From a virus (Duplodnaviria > Heunggongvirae > Uroviricota > Caudoviricetes), in IMG/VR virus record IMGVR_UViG_2711768052_000002: 37,726 nt of DNA; one strand, 5' to 3'. Every line of letters begins with the position of its first letter. The stretch's first letter is position 1. This document shows, piece after piece, positions 35,375 through 37,726 of the stretch. The notes below the pieces were generated by a model. The model saw nothing but the letters and a program-made list of their open reading frames with translations. It had not been told where the DNA came from and ran no database searches. A program made the position numbers and the translations under genes.

Positions 35375-35799
35375 TGGAACTGTGGCTGACGGTGAACGGT
35401 AAACGCACCTGCGCCAGCGCACCGCTGGATCCGCTGACCCGCGCCGTGGTGATTTCCCTGTTTACCTGGCGGCGGGCGGAGCCTGATGACAACGCCGACG
35501 TCCCGATGGGATGGTGGGGGGATACCTGGCCTGCGGTACAGAATGACCGTTACGGCTCCCGACTGTGGCTGCTTCAGCGCAGCAAACTGACCAATCAGCT
35601 GGTGCAGACGGTAAGGGGGTATATCCGCGAATGCCTGCAATGGATGATTGATGACGGCGTGGTGTCCCGTATTGATCTGGATATCCGCCGCACCGGGATT
35701 AATGAACTGGGTAACAGTATCACTCTCTGGCGTCGTGACGGACCGGTAATGATTTCTTTTGATGATCTGTGGAGTGCGATAACGCATGGCGGACAGTGA
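35371..35799 (+). CDS. GP46-family baseplate protein (gpW-like)
   Basis: 142 aa between the gpV-like and gpJ-like genes. Confidence 0.65.
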   Translation: MMELWLTVNGKRTCASAPLDPLTRAVVISLFTWRRAEPDDNADVPMGWWGDTWPAVQNDRYGSRLWLLQRSKLTNQLVQTVRGYIRECLQWMIDDGVVSRIDLDIRRTGINELGNSITLWRRDGPVMISFDDLWSAITHGGQ

Positions 35800-36844
35800 A
35801 TTTCAACGCCCGACGCTGGCAGAAAATATCAGTATGCTCCGTAACGATTTATTCGCCAGGCTGGACGTCAGCGACACGCTCCGGCGCATGGATGAAGACG
35901 TGCGGGCAAAGGTGTATGCGGCGGCGCTGCATACGGTTTACGGTTACATCGATTATCTGGCAATGAACATGCTGCCTGACCTGTGCGATGAGTCCTGGCT
36001 GGCGCGACATGCTGCGATGAAACGGTGTCCGCGCAAGGGGGCCACGGCTGCCAGCGGGTATATGCGCTGGGAAGGTGTCAGCGATGGCCTGAAGGTGACC
36101 GCCGGGAGTGTTATTCAGCGCGATGACCTGGTTCAGTACACGGCAACTGCCGATGCAACCAGCTCCGGTGGTGTCCTGCGCGTGCCGATCGCCTGCTCAA
36201 GTGCAGGTGCGGTCGGTAACGCTGACGACGGTACGGCATTAATCCTGGTCACGCCGGTGAATGGTCTGCCGTCTTCCGGTGTGGCTGACACCCTTACAGG
36301 CGGATTTGATACTGAAGAGCTGGAAACGTGGCGCGCCCGCGTCATTGAGCGGTATTACTGGACGCCGCAGGGCGGGGCTGACGGGGACTATGTCGTCTGG
36401 GCTAAAGAAGTGCCCGGCATTACCCGCGCATGGACATACCGTCACTGGATGGGAACGGGAACTGTCGGTGTGATGATTGCCAGCAGTGACCTGATTAATC
36501 CCATTCCGGAAGAATCAACGGAAACGGCGGCAAGACAACATATCGAGCCACTGGCCCCGGTGGCAGGCTCTGATTTGTATGTATTCAGGCCGGTGGCGCA
36601 TACGGTGGATTTTCATATCCGCGTGATGCCGGACACACCGGAAATACGGGCTGCCATCACCGCGGAGTTGCGTTCGTTTCTTCTGCGTGATGGTTATCCG
36701 CAGGGAGAACTGAAGGTATCGCGTATCAGTGAGGCGATTTCCGGTGCGAACGGGGAATATAGCCATCAGTTGCTTGCACCGGCAGACAATATCTCCATTG
36801 CGAAAAATGAACTGGCGGTTCTGGGGACGATTTCATGGACGTGA
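35786..36844 (+). CDS. baseplate J-like protein (Mu gp47-like)
   Basis: 352 aa; position and size consistent with baseplate wedge protein J. Confidence 0.75.
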   Translation: MADSEFQRPTLAENISMLRNDLFARLDVSDTLRRMDEDVRAKVYAAALHTVYGYIDYLAMNMLPDLCDESWLARHAAMKRCPRKGATAASGYMRWEGVSDGLKVTAGSVIQRDDLVQYTATADATSSGGVLRVPIACSSAGAVGNADDGTALILVTPVNGLPSSGVADTLTGGFDTEELETWRARVIERYYWTPQGGADGDYVVWAKEVPGITRAWTYRHWMGTGTVGVMIASSDLINPIPEESTETAARQHIEPLAPVAGSDLYVFRPVAHTVDFHIRVMPDTPEIRAAITAELRSFLLRDGYPQGELKVSRISEAISGANGEYSHQLLAPADNISIAKNELAVLGTISWT

Positions 36845-37419
36845 CAAACGATGATTACATCCGTCTGTTGTCGGCACTGTTGCCCCCCGGTCCGGCGTGG
36901 TCAGCCGGCGATCCGGCGATTGCCGGTGCGGCACCGTCATTAACCCGCGTTCATCAGCGTGCGGATGCCCTGATGCGGGAGCTGGATCCGCGCACAACCA
37001 CCGAACTGATAAACCGCTGGGAGCGTCTGTGCGGCCTGCCGGATGAATGTATTCCGGCAGGGACGCAGACCCTTCGCCAGCGTCAGCAACGGCTGGATGC
37101 GAAGGTTAATCTGGCGGGCGGCATCAATGAGGATTTTTACCTTGCACAGCTTGCTGCCCTGGGCAGACCAGACGCCACCATCACGCGATACGACAAAAGC
37201 ACGTTCACCTGCTCATCTGCCTGTACTGACGCGGTGAATGCGCCGGAATGGCGGTATTACTGGCAGGTCAACATGCCAGCCGCCACCAACACCACCTGGA
37301 TGACATGTGGCGATCCCTGTGATTCCGCACTGCGTATCTGGGGCGACACCGTAGTCGAGTGTGTGCTTAACAAACTCTGCCCGTCGCATACCTACGTAAT
37401 TTTTAAATATCCGGAGTAA
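36835..37419 (+). CDS. Mu gp48-like tail protein (DUF2313-type)
   Basis: 194 aa following the J-like gene and preceding the tail fibre gene. Confidence 0.6.
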   Translation: MDVTNDDYIRLLSALLPPGPAWSAGDPAIAGAAPSLTRVHQRADALMRELDPRTTTELINRWERLCGLPDECIPAGTQTLRQRQQRLDAKVNLAGGINEDFYLAQLAALGRPDATITRYDKSTFTCSSACTDAVNAPEWRYYWQVNMPAATNTTWMTCGDPCDSALRIWGDTVVECVLNKLCPSHTYVIFKYPE

Positions 37420-37422
37420 TCC

Positions 37423-37726
37423 ATGCATCGTATAGACACGAAAACCGCGCAGAAGGATAAGTTCGGCGCGGGTAAGAACGGTTTTACCCGTGGTAACCCC
37501 CAGACCGGCACGCCTGCCACCGATCTGGATGATGACTACTTTGACATGTTGCAGGAGGAGCTTTGCAGCGTTGTGGAGGCATCCGGTGCCAGCCTGGAGA
37601 AGGGGCGGCATGACCAGCTGCTTACCGCGCTTCGTGCGCTGCTGTTAAGCCGCAAGAATCCGTTTGGCGATATCAAATCGGATGGCACGGTGAAAACAGC
37701 TCTCGAAAACCTTGGTTTGGGAGAAG
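37423..37726 (+). CDS. tail fibre protein, N-terminal part (3' end outside window)
   Basis: N-terminus [56 protein letters not shown] matches the conserved N-terminal pattern of enterobacterial phage tail fibres; RBS GGAG upstream; ORF runs to the window edge. Confidence 0.65.
   Translation, partial: MHRIDTKTAQKDKFGAGKNGFTRGNPQTGTPATDLDDDYFDMLQEELCSVVEASGASLEKGRHDQLLTALRALLLSRKNPFGDIKSDGTVKTALENLGLGE

Larger units (their letters stand above)
6437..37726. mobile_element. mosaic temperate prophage (lambdoid regulation/lysis, HK97-like head, Mu-like contractile tail; SfV-like), right end outside window
   Basis: Contiguous int-xis-cI-cro-cII-O-Dam-rusA-Q-S-R-Rz-HNH-terS-terL-portal-protease-capsid-sheath-tube-TMP-baseplate-fibre gene order; the AT-rich ORF 5579..6397 between the att fragment and int may also belong to it. 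Confidence 0.85.

Noticed and set aside
1-37726. CRISPR arrays, tRNA or rRNA genes
   Set aside because: No spacer-repeat periodicity, no tRNA-like cloverleaf signatures beyond the tmRNA 3' fragment, and no rRNA-like sequence were seen.

Overview
This window reads as an enterobacterial chromosome segment (E. coli/Salmonella-like) carrying two mobile elements in tandem, with no rRNA, tRNA or CRISPR array seen. (1) 1..~5570 is an AT-rich integrative island. It ends in a P4-type tyrosine integrase (4140..5411, -) and a ~33-nt copy of the 3' end of ssrA/tmRNA (5535..5567, -) that looks like the att core. Its cargo is a histidine-kinase-like gene, split into two ORFs at an A8 run, followed by a receiver-domain protein with a ~430-aa C-terminal domain of unknown function. 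I rate this the best candidate for an undescribed two-component-type defence module. (2) ~5580..37726 is a mosaic temperate prophage that continues past the window end. It has lambda-like int/xis, a CI/Cro/CII-like immunity region, an O-like replication initiator with internal iterons, Dam methylase, a LexA DNA-binding-domain-only protein, RusA, KilA-N, a phage-82-type Q antiterminator, a lambda-type lysis cassette (S, R, Rz/Rz1), HNH-terS-terL, HK97-type portal/protease/capsid, and a Mu-like contractile tail and baseplate (SfV-like architecture). Three AT-rich cargo (moron) loci interrupt the prophage: a KAP-family P-loop NTPase between Q and the late terminator, a two-gene minus-strand cassette between Rz1 and HNH, and a membrane-anchored protein between att and int. 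All family assignments are from motif recognition by eye; no database search was run. CDS coordinates follow the supplied ORF track, with starts moved to RBS-supported internal start codons where evident. Coordinates I derived directly from the sequence text may be off by 1-2 nt.
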